From assembly GCA_030428565.1 (NCBI GenBank), contig JAUIDR010000002.1, positions 72,658 to 136,657 on the forward strand: a DNA stretch of 64,000 bases, written 5' to 3'. The position numbers and the translations under genes were made by a program. The stretch comes from Alphaproteobacteria bacterium (GTDB lineage Bacteria > Pseudomonadota > Alphaproteobacteria > UBA7985 > JAUIBT01). This document shows, in pieces, positions 37,460 to 47,083 of the stretch. Numbering within the stretch: the stretch's first letter is position 1; the number at the start of each line of letters is the position of its first letter. Below the pieces are notes generated by a model that made no database searches, was not told the DNA's origin, and worked only from the letters and a program-made list of their open reading frames with translations.

Positions 37460-39247
37460 ATGACGAGGATAATCGCCAGCCACACGCGATCTGATCCCGT
37501 TTGCGCTCTAGAGTGCAACAGCGCCCAGCGACCATCTTACCAGAACCAGCCCTTGTCTGTCGCAGCGTCTATCGCGGCGCCTATCGCAGCACGCTTTTGG
37601 ACTGCCGCAGTTGGTCTTGCGCTGTTCGTCGGTGCATCCTGGCCTGCCTTCGCCCAAGACCCCGCTACCTATCTGCCTTCTCGCCTCACCACGCTTACTT
37701 TCGCTGGCACAGCTGCTGTTGCGGGCCCAGCCGCCGAGGCTACCAGCGCCCCTAGCGCCCGAAGCGACGCCAGCAACACCAGCGAGGTAGCTGCCCGCTC
37801 ATTGGCTTCGCCCCAGGGCCTAAGTGACCTCGGCTTATCGCCTTTGCGCAATGACCTTGCCGGGCACCCGGTCGCCGGCGGAGAGCCTGCCTTCAGCCTG
37901 GAACGCCTGCCTAAGGCGGTACGCCGCGCCGATGCTTTGCAGGCGCTCATTGAGGCCCAAGACAACCCGCCGCCCCCGCCTTCGGTACAAGAGCAACTGG
38001 CCAGTCTGTCGCCGGCGCCAACGCCCAGTTTGACGCCACCGGCGATCAGCAAGGCTGCCCAGCCCGGCCCCTTGGTTCTCACGATGATTGGTGACGTTGG
38101 GCTGGCTGAAAACCGCCGACTGAAGACCGCCAAGTCCGCCGCCTATTGGGCGCGCTATACCGAAGACCTAGCGCCTCTGATCAACGGCGATTTTAACTTC
38201 TTGAACCTAGAAACGGTCGTCACCGACCGCCCTCTAAGGGCGCGCAGCAAGGCTTTTGCCTTTCAGACACACGACACCGCCCTGGCTCACTTGGCACAGG
38301 ATCTGGGTTTCAATCTTTTCTCGCTGGCCAACAATCACTCCGGTGATTTTCGTCGTGCCGGACAGGTGGCGACGCTGGCAGCCCTGCATCAGCACGCGCC
38401 AGATGCCATCTATCACGGCCTTGGCACCGAAGATGAGCTGCTCAATGTGCGCGAATTTGAGCACAATGGCATCACCATCGCTTACGCCGCCATTGGCATC
38501 TCCAGCCGTGCGCCGCGTCCGACGGGCGACCAGCCCGGGCAGTTTTTCATCCGCCGTTCGCAAGATTGGGATGCCGTCATTGCCGCCTTCAAGCGGTCCA
38601 GCGCCGAGCTAAAAATCCTATCGGTGCATGAAGGGCGTGAGAAGGTCTCTGAAGTCGAGAGCAGCCTCAAGCGCAAGCTTAGAAAAGCGCGCGATGAAGC
38701 CGGTGTTGATCTAATTGTGGGCCACCATCCGCATGTGGTCCGCGCCCTTGAGCGTGACGAGCAGGGGCGGCTAATCGCCTATTCGCTTGGCAATGGCCTG
38801 CTGTTTGGGGCCGCCAATATCGACAACCGGCCCATGGGGCGCGATTTTGGCCTGTTTTTGCGCCTGCACTATTGGTTTGACGGTAAAGAAATCGCTCTGG
38901 AAGCCGTCGAGGGGGTGGCGCTACGCGGGATGCACAATAAGGTGCGACCGCGCTCCGCGCGCCGATCCGCGCGCCGCTTTGGATTTCTTAACAAGCTTTC
39001 GCGCCGAACAGCGGGAAAATCGGCGCTTGAATTTGCGATCACCAGCGACGGCCAGGGCCTATGGTGCGCCGCGAGCCAGCAAAGCCCTCGCGCCCAGGAA
39101 TTGTGCCAAGCCTCCCGCTCGGCCGCTGCTGACGTGCCCATGCCCGCACCTGTAACCAAGTCCAGGTCTCAATCCCAGACCCGCCGCTCCTCCAAAAGCC
39201 AATCAAAAAAACGATCAGGAACGGTCTTTAAGCGGACCGCCAATTAG
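37460..39247 (+). CDS. CapA/PgsA-family (PGA_cap) metallophosphoesterase with signal peptide, long Ala/Pro/Ser-rich linker and basic Ser-rich C-terminal tail
   Basis: Conserved CapA blocks MIGDVG, NLETVVTD, ANNHSGDF and GHHPHVVRALE; N-terminal hydrophobic segment then about 150 aa of low complexity (…DNPPPPPS…); C-terminus SRSQSQTRRSSKSQSKKRSG. Confidence 0.6.
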   Translation: MTRIIASHTRSDPVCALECNSAQRPSYQNQPLSVAASIAAPIAARFWTAAVGLALFVGASWPAFAQDPATYLPSRLTTLTFAGTAAVAGPAAEATSAPSARSDASNTSEVAARSLASPQGLSDLGLSPLRNDLAGHPVAGGEPAFSLERLPKAVRRADALQALIEAQDNPPPPPSVQEQLASLSPAPTPSLTPPAISKAAQPGPLVLTMIGDVGLAENRRLKTAKSAAYWARYTEDLAPLINGDFNFLNLETVVTDRPLRARSKAFAFQTHDTALAHLAQDLGFNLFSLANNHSGDFRRAGQVATLAALHQHAPDAIYHGLGTEDELLNVREFEHNGITIAYAAIGISSRAPRPTGDQPGQFFIRRSQDWDAVIAAFKRSSAELKILSVHEGREKVSEVESSLKRKLRKARDEAGVDLIVGHHPHVVRALERDEQGRLIAYSLGNGLLFGAANIDNRPMGRDFGLFLRLHYWFDGKEIALEAVEGVALRGMHNKVRPRSARRSARRFGFLNKLSRRTAGKSALEFAITSDGQGLWCAASQQSPRAQELCQASRSAAADVPMPAPVTKSRSQSQTRRSSKSQSKKRSGTVFKRTAN

Positions 39248-39308
39248 GCGAGCCAAAAACAGAGCGCAAACCGCCTTGCCTCGCGAATGCGCCGAAGGGG
39301 GCCAGGCG

Positions 39309-40223
39309 CTAGTTGCTGGGCAAATTGAAGCTGAGACTGCCCCACCAAGAGTGCCAAACCTCATCGCCGATTGGTGCGCTGGGCTCGCGCAGTGTGACTG
39401 TGTTCAACATGAACTGGCCGCCGCCACTGACATCAAAGCGCGCTTGGCCATCGGCGTCGGTTATGGCAATGGTCTGACGGGCCTCTTGGTCGGGCGCCAG
39501 CCGGTGGAACAAGCGCACCTGATTGCCTGGCAAGGGCTGCCCCTTATCTAATACTTGCAGGCGGATGCTGTGCTTTTCGCGGTCGTGGTCCAGCAAGACC
39601 ACCTCCAACGGCATGCCCAATGCTTGATCCTTCAAAGCTCCCGGGCCGACCTGGAACAAGGCCTTAGCCGAACGCGCATAGGTCTCAACAAAGCCAATGT
39701 CCGGCAGACCGCGCGCGGCGTGTCGCTCCAAAATGCCGGGCAGACCTTCGTATTCGATAAAGCCGACAAAGCGCTCCCGCTCGCGCCAGGTCAGTTTGGA
39801 GCGCGTCGTCACCAGGCCGACAACGTGAGTCCCGGCTTGTTCGGCGGGGGTATCGACCGCCGGACGCTGACCCAACTCACCGCCGAGTCTGCGCTGGCTG
39901 CCGTCGGGCGCGGCCAGCACCAAGCTCTGGATGTTGCGCGGGATATAAGAATTGCGCGATCCCTTAAAGTCCGTGCCGACCTTGAACTCCGCTTGCATGG
40001 CATCGCCCGGCGCCAAAACCGCTGGTCCCTGGGGCTCGACCCAATATTCGTGCGCCTGAGCAGCCGTGACGGCTCCCAGCAGCACGCTGCTTAGCACCGC
40101 AAGCGACAAGGCCGCAGCCCAGCGCTTATTAACCACGCGCTTATTAACCACGCGCCTTAAAGGCACGCTCCTGTGATCGCCAGGCCCTTGCATGGTCTGG
40201 ATTGAGCGAAACATATGTGTCAT
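39309..40223 (-). CDS. DUF4198-like periplasmic protein (Ni/Co-uptake-associated family), signal peptide then HEYW start of mature domain
   Basis: Signal peptide (…AALSLAVLSSVLLGAVTAAQA) immediately followed by HEYWVEP, the hallmark start of DUF4198 proteins; start taken at MTHMF; the N-terminal region contains a 15-bp tandem duplication (RVVNKRVVNKR). Confidence 0.5.
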   Translation of the reverse strand: MTHMFRSIQTMQGPGDHRSVPLRRVVNKRVVNKRWAAALSLAVLSSVLLGAVTAAQAHEYWVEPQGPAVLAPGDAMQAEFKVGTDFKGSRNSYIPRNIQSLVLAAPDGSQRRLGGELGQRPAVDTPAEQAGTHVVGLVTTRSKLTWRERERFVGFIEYEGLPGILERHAARGLPDIGFVETYARSAKALFQVGPGALKDQALGMPLEVVLLDHDREKHSIRLQVLDKGQPLPGNQVRLFHRLAPDQEARQTIAITDADGQARFDVSGGGQFMLNTVTLREPSAPIGDEVWHSWWGSLSFNLPSN

Positions 40224-40347
40224 GAACGGGCCTTTAAGAATTTTGTGCAGGAATAGCATGTCCAACAATCTGGCAGCCTGGCGGCGCCGGGCCAAGCCCT
40301 TGGCGACTTTTTGCGCGCTCACACTTGTGTGTGGCCGATCTTCCCTG

Positions 40348-40932
40348 ATGACGCGCTGGCGGGTTGGTGTGCTGTCCAGCTTGCTGGCGGGTCTGATGCT
40401 GCTCGTTAGCCCTACCGTTCGTGCCCACGAGGTTCAGCCCGCCATCATCGACCTGAGCTTTGAAAAGGGCCTATCTTTTACCCTGCGCATGGAATTGAAC
40501 CTGGAATCGGTCATGGCGCAATTGGGCGAAGGCCACAGCGATACCTCCCAAGCAGCAAATGCGGACGAGTATAACCGCTTGCGCGCCCTGCCGCCCGAAG
40601 ACCTGCGCCAAGCTTTTGACGCGTTCAGCCCGACCCTGTTCGACGGCATGGTGGTCGAGATGGACGGCAGGCCGGTTCAAGTCTTCGTCAAGCGCTTGGT
40701 CATCCCCGAGGTCGGCGATCTGGCCTTGCCGCGCGAATCCTTGCTGGAAATATCCGGCCCCCTGACCCGTGGGGATAAGAACCTGACCTGGCGTTGGTCG
40801 CGCGACTTTGGCGCGGCGATCTTACGGGAGCGCAAGGAGGATGGCCGCCTAGGCTATTCCGACTATCTAAGCGGCGGTGCGGGCAGCGATGAAATCGCGG
40901 TGCCGCAAAAGAGCTGGTGGGAGCTGTTCTAA
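40348..40932 (+). CDS. hypothetical secreted protein (signal peptide, mature domain begins HEVQP)
   Basis: Start at MTRWRVGVLSSLLAGLMLLVSPTVRA gives an SPase-I-like signal; divergently arranged with the DUF4198 gene (125-bp shared promoter region); no recognisable family. Confidence 0.4.
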   Translation: MTRWRVGVLSSLLAGLMLLVSPTVRAHEVQPAIIDLSFEKGLSFTLRMELNLESVMAQLGEGHSDTSQAANADEYNRLRALPPEDLRQAFDAFSPTLFDGMVVEMDGRPVQVFVKRLVIPEVGDLALPRESLLEISGPLTRGDKNLTWRWSRDFGAAILRERKEDGRLGYSDYLSGGAGSDEIAVPQKSWWELF

Positions 40933-41109
40933 AGTAGCCCAAGGCGGCAGGCTCGACAGCGCCCAACCACCAGCGCTTGGCCCTGGCAGCGACAAGAAGA
41001 ATCCTCCCCGCAAGCGCGCGCTCACAGACAAAATCGCCATTTCCGAGGCCGTATTCAGCTCCCAAATCTCTAATGTTCGTGCCAGCTTCCTGCCAGCACA
41101 AAGGGAGAT

Positions 41110-42591
41110 TTGGCCATGCCACAGACAGCGGAATTCGCAGGTAGCCTACTAGCCGATCAGGGCTTGTTTCGTACGCGCTCATACATCGACGGACAATGGG
41201 TCGATGCCAGCGATGGGGCACAATTGCCCATCACAAACCCTGGCGATGGCAGTCTAGTCGGCCAAGTCGCGCGTCTGAGTGCCGACGACAGCGCGGCAGC
41301 GGTCGCGGTGGCACAGCGCGCCTTTGCCTCATGGTCTGCCCTTCTGCCGCAAGAACGCTCTACCATTTTGCGCCGCTGGTTCTCGCTCATGCTGGAGCAC
41401 AAGGAAGACCTGGCTAAGCTGATGGTGCTGGAGCAAGGCAAGCCATTATCTGAAGCGCGCGGCGAAATCGACTACGCCGCCAGCTTCGTTGAATACTATG
41501 CCGAAGAAGCCAAGCGCCCCAATATCGAAGGCGTCACCAGTCACCTGCCCGACGCCGAAGTCGAATTGTGGCTGGAGCCGATCGGCGTCGTAGCCTTGGT
41601 AACGCCCTGGAACTTCCCCTGTGCCATGCTGACCCGTAAGGCCGCCGCGGCTCTGGCCGCAGGCTGTAGCATCGTTGCTCACCCTTCCAGCGAGACCCCC
41701 TTTTCCGCGACAGCGCTCGCCGAACTTGGCGAGCGCGCGGGCCTGCCGGCTGGTGTCTTTAACGTCGTAACGGGCAAGGCCTCGACCGTGGTGCCGCCCT
41801 GGACCGCCGACAGCCGGGTACGGGCGCTGTCCTTTACTGGCTCGACCGAGGTTGGCCGTTTGTTGTATCGCAACAGCGCCGAGACCATCAAAAAGCTGGT
41901 GATGGAATTGGGCGGACACGCGCCGGTCATCGTCTTTAAAGGCGCCGACCTGGACCATGCGGTCGCCGAGACCATCAAGGCTAAGTTTGCCACCTCGGGC
42001 CAAGATTGCTTGGGCGCCAATCGCATCTTTGTTGAACGGCCGATTTATGAAGACTTTTGCGCGCGCTTCGTTGAAGCCACCAAAGCGCTGAGCATCGGCA
42101 AGGGCCTAGACGATCCCGATATCGGCCCGTTGATGAACGAAAACGCGGTTGCCAAGCAAGAGGCCCACGTTGCCGATGCGTTGGCAAAGGGCGCTCACCT
42201 GGCCTGTGGTGGTAAGCGCCACGCCCTGGGCCCGCTGTTCTATGAGCCCACCGTCCTTACCGACGTGCCCATGAACGCGGCCATTATGTCCGAAGAGACC
42301 TTTGGACCCGTAGCCCCCATCGCAGCCTTTGACAGCGAAGATGAGGTTGTGGCCAAAGCAAACGATACCGAATACGGTCTGGTTGCCTACCTGCACTCCA
42401 ACGATCCGCGCCGGATTTATCGCGTCTCGCGCGCATTGCAGTACGGCATGGTCGCGGTCAATCGCACCAAAGTGACCGGCGCGCCGATTCCCTTTGGCGG
42501 CACTAAGCAATCGGGATTGGGCCGCGAGGGTGCGCGCTTGGGCATGCAAGAATTTATGGAAATCAAGTACGTCTGCCGCGATTGGGCTTAG
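41110..42591 (+). CDS. NAD-dependent succinate-semialdehyde dehydrogenase paralog (aldehyde dehydrogenase superfamily)
   Basis: 493 aa; YIDGQWVD N-terminus, ALDH Glu/Cys active-site contexts; second GabD-like gene in the window. Confidence 0.75.
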   Translation: MAMPQTAEFAGSLLADQGLFRTRSYIDGQWVDASDGAQLPITNPGDGSLVGQVARLSADDSAAAVAVAQRAFASWSALLPQERSTILRRWFSLMLEHKEDLAKLMVLEQGKPLSEARGEIDYAASFVEYYAEEAKRPNIEGVTSHLPDAEVELWLEPIGVVALVTPWNFPCAMLTRKAAAALAAGCSIVAHPSSETPFSATALAELGERAGLPAGVFNVVTGKASTVVPPWTADSRVRALSFTGSTEVGRLLYRNSAETIKKLVMELGGHAPVIVFKGADLDHAVAETIKAKFATSGQDCLGANRIFVERPIYEDFCARFVEATKALSIGKGLDDPDIGPLMNENAVAKQEAHVADALAKGAHLACGGKRHALGPLFYEPTVLTDVPMNAAIMSEETFGPVAPIAAFDSEDEVVAKANDTEYGLVAYLHSNDPRRIYRVSRALQYGMVAVNRTKVTGAPIPFGGTKQSGLGREGARLGMQEFMEIKYVCRDWA

Positions 42592-42893
42592 GCCGCTGAC
42601 AGGCGCGCGTTAAGCCCCCCGGGCGCGAATCCATCGCGCCCTTCCACAGACATCTTGAAAGACGGGGCCGTGGGGCCAGGTTCCTTCATCGCCCCTACCT
42701 TACGACTGCTGCTGACTCCGTTGCGCCATAGGGGCGGCGGCAAAAATCGGGTGGCTCGCCACGGCTCGTGAGCAACCCGCGTGATAGCCGTGCCAGGCAC
42801 AGGGCGCATGAGAGTACAATGGTGCACATGGGAACGCACTGGCGTTTCCCTGCCCCCTTTAGAAGAGCCCTAATGAATGCCCAGGCCGGGCCC

Positions 42894-43520
42894 TCACGAA
42901 CGCTGGGTCTCGATCGCAGCGAAGGTATGCCAACCGCGCACGACCCGCGTCGCCGTCGTAATGGCGCATAGCGCGGCATAGAACAGCGCCAGAGGCGCAA
43001 ACCAGTTCGGCAGCAAGCACATCAGCACAAAGCAGCCAATGGTCTCAGCGCCTTCGGTCAAGCCTTCTAGATAGTAGAATGATTTCTTGCCTTGAGCTTG
43101 GGTCGTCAGCTGGTGTTTTTCGGCCATAATCGCAAAGGCCAAAAAGCTGGTGCCCGTACCGATAAAGCTGGCCAACAGCACGGCAGCGACCAGCGCGTTA
43201 CGCGACGGATCGGCCAAGGCAAAGCCTAACGGAATGGCCGCGTAGAATAGAAAATCCAGGCAGATATCCAAAAAGCCGCCGCGATCGGAGGGCGCGGTCG
43301 CCCTTGCCAACGCGCCGTCGAGTCCGTCGGCCAAGCGATTGAGCGCGATCAATGCCAGCGCCAATCCATACTGCCCCTGCCAAAGCGAAGGGACCGCCAG
43401 CAGGCCCAACACGAACCCGCCCAGCGTGACCTGATCTGCGGACACGCCAAAACGCGCCAAAGCCCGCCCCCCTGCATTCAGAGGCGGGTCAATCAGCGGT
43501 CTTAGTCTGGAGTCGAACAT
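42894..43520 (-). CDS. CDP-alcohol phosphatidyltransferase family protein
   Basis: DGLDGALARATAPSDRGGFLDICLD matches the D-G-x2-A-R-x8-G-x3-D-x3-D signature; 208 aa polytopic membrane protein. Confidence 0.6.
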   Translation of the reverse strand: MFDSRLRPLIDPPLNAGGRALARFGVSADQVTLGGFVLGLLAVPSLWQGQYGLALALIALNRLADGLDGALARATAPSDRGGFLDICLDFLFYAAIPLGFALADPSRNALVAAVLLASFIGTGTSFLAFAIMAEKHQLTTQAQGKKSFYYLEGLTEGAETIGCFVLMCLLPNWFAPLALFYAALCAITTATRVVRGWHTFAAIETQRS

Positions 43521-43687
43521 GGGCCGAAGCTCAAGAGCCTAACTGGACAGCGCCGGCTTTTACGAACCCATAGCGCCGATTAGGCTTGGCGCGCGATGCT
43601 TGCAAGACCGAGGCCCAAGGCAATTATGCATTGCGACTGAGGGCCTAGGCAGGTCCAGCGAACGTAGCGCGATCCAAACGAGGCTTC

Positions 43688-43891
43688 TTAGAAGCCTTCG
43701 CGCTCTAAGCGCTTACGCATAACCTTACGGTAGCGGCGAACCGCTTCAGCCTTTTCACGCTTGCGGCGCTGGCTGGGCTTTTCAAAATGACGACGCAGTT
43801 TCATTTCACGAAATACGCCTTCGCGCTGCAACTTCTTCTTCAGAGCGCGCAGGGCTTGGTCAACGTTGTTGTCGCGGACACTTACTTCCAC
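43688..43891 (-). CDS. rpsU: 30S ribosomal protein S21
   Basis: 67 aa highly basic protein with S21 consensus ([20 protein letters not shown]...). Confidence 0.9.
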   Translation of the reverse strand: MEVSVRDNNVDQALRALKKKLQREGVFREMKLRRHFEKPSQRRKREKAEAVRRYRKVMRKRLEREGF

Positions 43892-44077
43892 AGAGCTATC
43901 CTGCTTTAATTGGTATAAGGGAGCCGTTCACTAGCACATGGTTTTGCCGATGTGAAGCCTAGCAAGCTGGCTTTCCCGCCCTTTTTCGCAAGAATTGCAG
44001 GGCCTCGCAACCTTGTGGCCTTGGCAAGGCCGCGATCATCGCCCACCTTTGATGCAGAACAGCAAGAAAGGCTCGAT

Positions 44078-44791
44078 ATGCAGTTTTCAACTAAGACTCC
44101 AATGACCGACTTGCAAAAGCGTCTGATCGACAAGACGGCTGAAATGGCCGCTTTTGATGGCTGGACGGACACCGCGCTGCGCCAAGCCGCCGAAGAGCTG
44201 GACATTGAGCCCTCGGTTGCCTTTGATATCTTTCGCAATCGGCCGATAGATTTGATTATCGCCCACTCTACGCTGGGTGACGAGCGCCTGGTCGAAGCCA
44301 CATCGGGCCAAGAGTGGTTCGAGTCGCAAAAGGTGCGCGATAAGATCAAGTCTTTGATTATGACGCGCTTCGATCAGCACCAGCACGAACGCGAGGCCAT
44401 CCGTCGAGGACTGTCGATTCTAGCGCTGCCCCAGTATGCGCCCGCAGCGACCGCCGCGCTCTATCGCACGGTCGATGCCATGTGGCGGGCCGCCGGTGAT
44501 ACGGCCACCGACTATAACAAACACACAAAGCGCTTGTTGTTGAGCGGCGTCTACTCGTCGAGCCTCCTGGTCTGGCTGAACGACCAGAGCGAGGACTTTG
44601 CGACGACCGAGGCCTTTGTCAGGCGTCGAATCGACAACGTCCTGTTTGTCTTTGGCAAAATCGGCAAGCTTAAGTCTGGCGTGAAAGACGGACTTCGCGG
44701 CGACCTGCGCCCCTCCTCTTTTGTGCCCTCGTTCTTCAAGCCGCCCTTTGTAAGGCCGCGCGATAGAGAGGCACCACAAAGCGAGTCATAA
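44078..44791 (+). CDS. COQ9-family protein (the alphaproteobacterial 'rpsU-divergently transcribed protein')
   Basis: Divergent from rpsU, as is typical for this family; COQ9-like helical sequence; start at MQFSTK. Confidence 0.65.
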   Translation: MQFSTKTPMTDLQKRLIDKTAEMAAFDGWTDTALRQAAEELDIEPSVAFDIFRNRPIDLIIAHSTLGDERLVEATSGQEWFESQKVRDKIKSLIMTRFDQHQHEREAIRRGLSILALPQYAPAATAALYRTVDAMWRAAGDTATDYNKHTKRLLLSGVYSSSLLVWLNDQSEDFATTEAFVRRRIDNVLFVFGKIGKLKSGVKDGLRGDLRPSSFVPSFFKPPFVRPRDREAPQSES

Positions 44792-44941
44792 AACACGTGC
44801 AGGGTCGCGACGGGCAGAGCGCGCCGTAGAGCGCTGAGCGCAAGCGGTGAGTTGGAACCTGTGCAGGCTGCCGCGCCAAAGGCGCGATGCAGGTCAAGCG
44901 GGCTGTTTGATCAGCGGGTGTTTGGATCGGCCAAGCACAGC

Positions 44942-45760
44942 TCAACCGACGTCGAGGCGGCCTGGCTTTGTCACCATGGCGAAGACGCCAAAAGTGGCCT
45001 CCGGTCGCACGCGGCGTGTATCCATATGACCCTTTTCCAGCGCAAGCTTTGCCAAGTCCTGCAGATAATTGGGCTCGTTCGCCCCCGTCAGCGGATTGGC
45101 GTTGATATTGGCACAGCGCCCCACGTTTTGGACCACGCGCAGCTCTAGGCCATCACCGAGCGCAAGGCTCTGTCGGCCCCCGATCCAATCTAATTCGGCC
45201 CACGGCTCCAGGCCATCTAGCCAGATATTGTTTTTAAAGCGATCCGGGTGCAGGCCAAATTCGGCGTGTTCATTGAGCCCCCAACGCTCGGCCAGCCAGC
45301 GGGCGGTGGCGACGTTAGCAAGGCTGACGAATGGGGTCAGCTGATCGCTAAAACCCAGGCCTTCAGTGTTGGCCAACAAAGCCAGCGGTCCATCGTGTCC
45401 GATCGCCTCGGCAAATCTCTGGCGTTGCTCGACATCGGCCAGATCAAAACGCCCCTTGGGACCAGCAATAGGACGCGCCACTGCGATCCCCTCGCCGTCT
45501 TGGCTCCAGCCCTCACCTTCGGGTTGGTAGGCCAGCGCCTTGGGGTCGGCCATGCCACAAACAAAAAACCGCTTAGGCGCCCAAGAGCCCCAAGCGGCGT
45601 GTGCAGAGGGACCAAAGTGGTCCCCATAAGCCGATTTGGCCAACGCAAAACGGCGGTCGCCGGGCAAGCCCCGGCCTACTTCCAAAGCAACGCCCTCTTG
45701 CTGTCGTCCGCCCAGCCCCTTCACAGGATAGGTGAAAAGAGCCGAGACGGTGACAGACAT
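44942..45760 (-). CDS. MOSC domain-containing protein (MOSC_N beta-barrel + MOSC)
   Basis: N-terminal LFTYPVKG motif of MOSC_N and conserved Cys-containing C-terminal MOSC region (NVGRCANINANP). Confidence 0.65.
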   Translation of the reverse strand: MSVTVSALFTYPVKGLGGRQQEGVALEVGRGLPGDRRFALAKSAYGDHFGPSAHAAWGSWAPKRFFVCGMADPKALAYQPEGEGWSQDGEGIAVARPIAGPKGRFDLADVEQRQRFAEAIGHDGPLALLANTEGLGFSDQLTPFVSLANVATARWLAERWGLNEHAEFGLHPDRFKNNIWLDGLEPWAELDWIGGRQSLALGDGLELRVVQNVGRCANINANPLTGANEPNYLQDLAKLALEKGHMDTRRVRPEATFGVFAMVTKPGRLDVG

Positions 45761-45791
45761 GAAGGCAGCCTTAGAAATTCAGGGTGAGCGC

Positions 45792-46391
45792 TTATCGGCG
45801 TGAGAGCAAACGTGATGCTGCTGGCAGCGCCAGAGCGGCAACACCGATCTTGATAGCATCACCAGCCAGGAAGGGCGCAACGCCGAACATCCAAGCTTTT
45901 TCGACACCGATCATCGTCGCCAACCAGCTTGCGCCGATAGCGTAGATGACCAGGTTGCCCAAAACCATAGCGATAACGGTGGTCAATACGGACTTGTCCC
46001 AGCCGCGCTCCGCCAACCAGCCGACCAAAATAGCCGCCGGCAAGAAGGCCAATAGATAGCCCGCCGTGGTGCCGATGAAGTAGGCCGGACCCGCGATCTC
46101 ACCCGCGAATACGGGGTAGCCAGACAGGCCGACCGCGAAATAGGCAATAACCGTGCCGGCTGCTTGCCGCCAGCCGTAGGCCGCAGCCATCAGCAGGACC
46201 ACCAGTGTTTGCATGGTAACAGGCACCGGGCCAATTTGGATCTTAGCTTTGGCTGAGAGGGTCAGCAGGACCACACCGATGGCAGCCAATACGACGGCGC
46301 GCAAAACGGCGTTACGGTCGCCAGCCCAAAGGCTGTGGCTAAGGGTCAGGGCCGAGGGTTGCGACATGGAGCTCTCCATTTCAAATTGCAA
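45792..46391 (-). CDS. bioY: biotin transporter BioY
   Basis: About 190 aa, 5-6 TM helices; the BioY-like block PVPVTMQTLVVLL; start codon ambiguous among several Met. Confidence 0.7.
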   Translation of the reverse strand: MQFEMESSMSQPSALTLSHSLWAGDRNAVLRAVVLAAIGVVLLTLSAKAKIQIGPVPVTMQTLVVLLMAAAYGWRQAAGTVIAYFAVGLSGYPVFAGEIAGPAYFIGTTAGYLLAFLPAAILVGWLAERGWDKSVLTTVIAMVLGNLVIYAIGASWLATMIGVEKAWMFGVAPFLAGDAIKIGVAALALPAASRLLSRR

Positions 46392-46497
46392 TAGAAGGCC
46401 ATTGGCTAGCCCATTCTGCCGCTGCGGTAAAGCCTTAGTGCGCCCAGGTCGGCGATTTCGTCGCGCCCAAAACGGCCCTGCGTCCGGTCATGACGCC

Positions 46498-46812
46498 TTA
46501 TTTTTTGGGCTTTTTGGACTTGCGGTCCTTTTTGGAGCTTTTCTTGGCTCCCCAGCCGCGTTTCTTCGGCTCTTCGACGTCCTCAACGATGACCTGTTCG
46601 GCGGTCAGAACCAGGCGTTCAGGCTCGGTATCAAAATGGACGGTCTCATAGTGGGCCTTGATGGTCGTCGAGCGCAATCGGATCGTCGCCCAGGCTGAAA
46701 AGACCGCCGCCACGACCAGCCCTACGACCAGCAACAAGCCCGTCAAAAAGAAAGCCACCACGACCAGCGCACCACCGATAAACAGCACGCCCGCGATACG
46801 CAGCCAGGCCAT
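46498..46812 (-). CDS. hypothetical small membrane protein with two TM helices and a lysine-rich C-terminal tail
   Basis: MAWLRIAGVLFIGGALVVVAFFLTGLLLVVGLVVAAVF then a soluble segment ending KKRGWGAKKSSKKDRKSKKPKK. Confidence 0.35.
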   Translation of the reverse strand: MAWLRIAGVLFIGGALVVVAFFLTGLLLVVGLVVAAVFSAWATIRLRSTTIKAHYETVHFDTEPERLVLTAEQVIVEDVEEPKKRGWGAKKSSKKDRKSKKPKK

Positions 46813-47083
46813 GAAGCCCAATTTGGGAGGAGGTGGAGGAGACAAATCGGCAGCCCTAAGCAAGTGAGACCAAGCTGCGGCCCACCGGCCGCCTTAGACC
46901 TAATCTAGGGGTTCAATCTGCAAACAACAAGGCGTAGCAGGCCTTGTCTGACACTGAACTTCGCGGGCAATGCCGCCGCAGCTTCTTATCCTGCAAAAGA
47001 CGCCCCACACGCCAACACCACCGACACGCGCTTGTACCGATGGTGTTGGAATTCAACGAATGCGAAGGTCTGGAGCGGACGCG

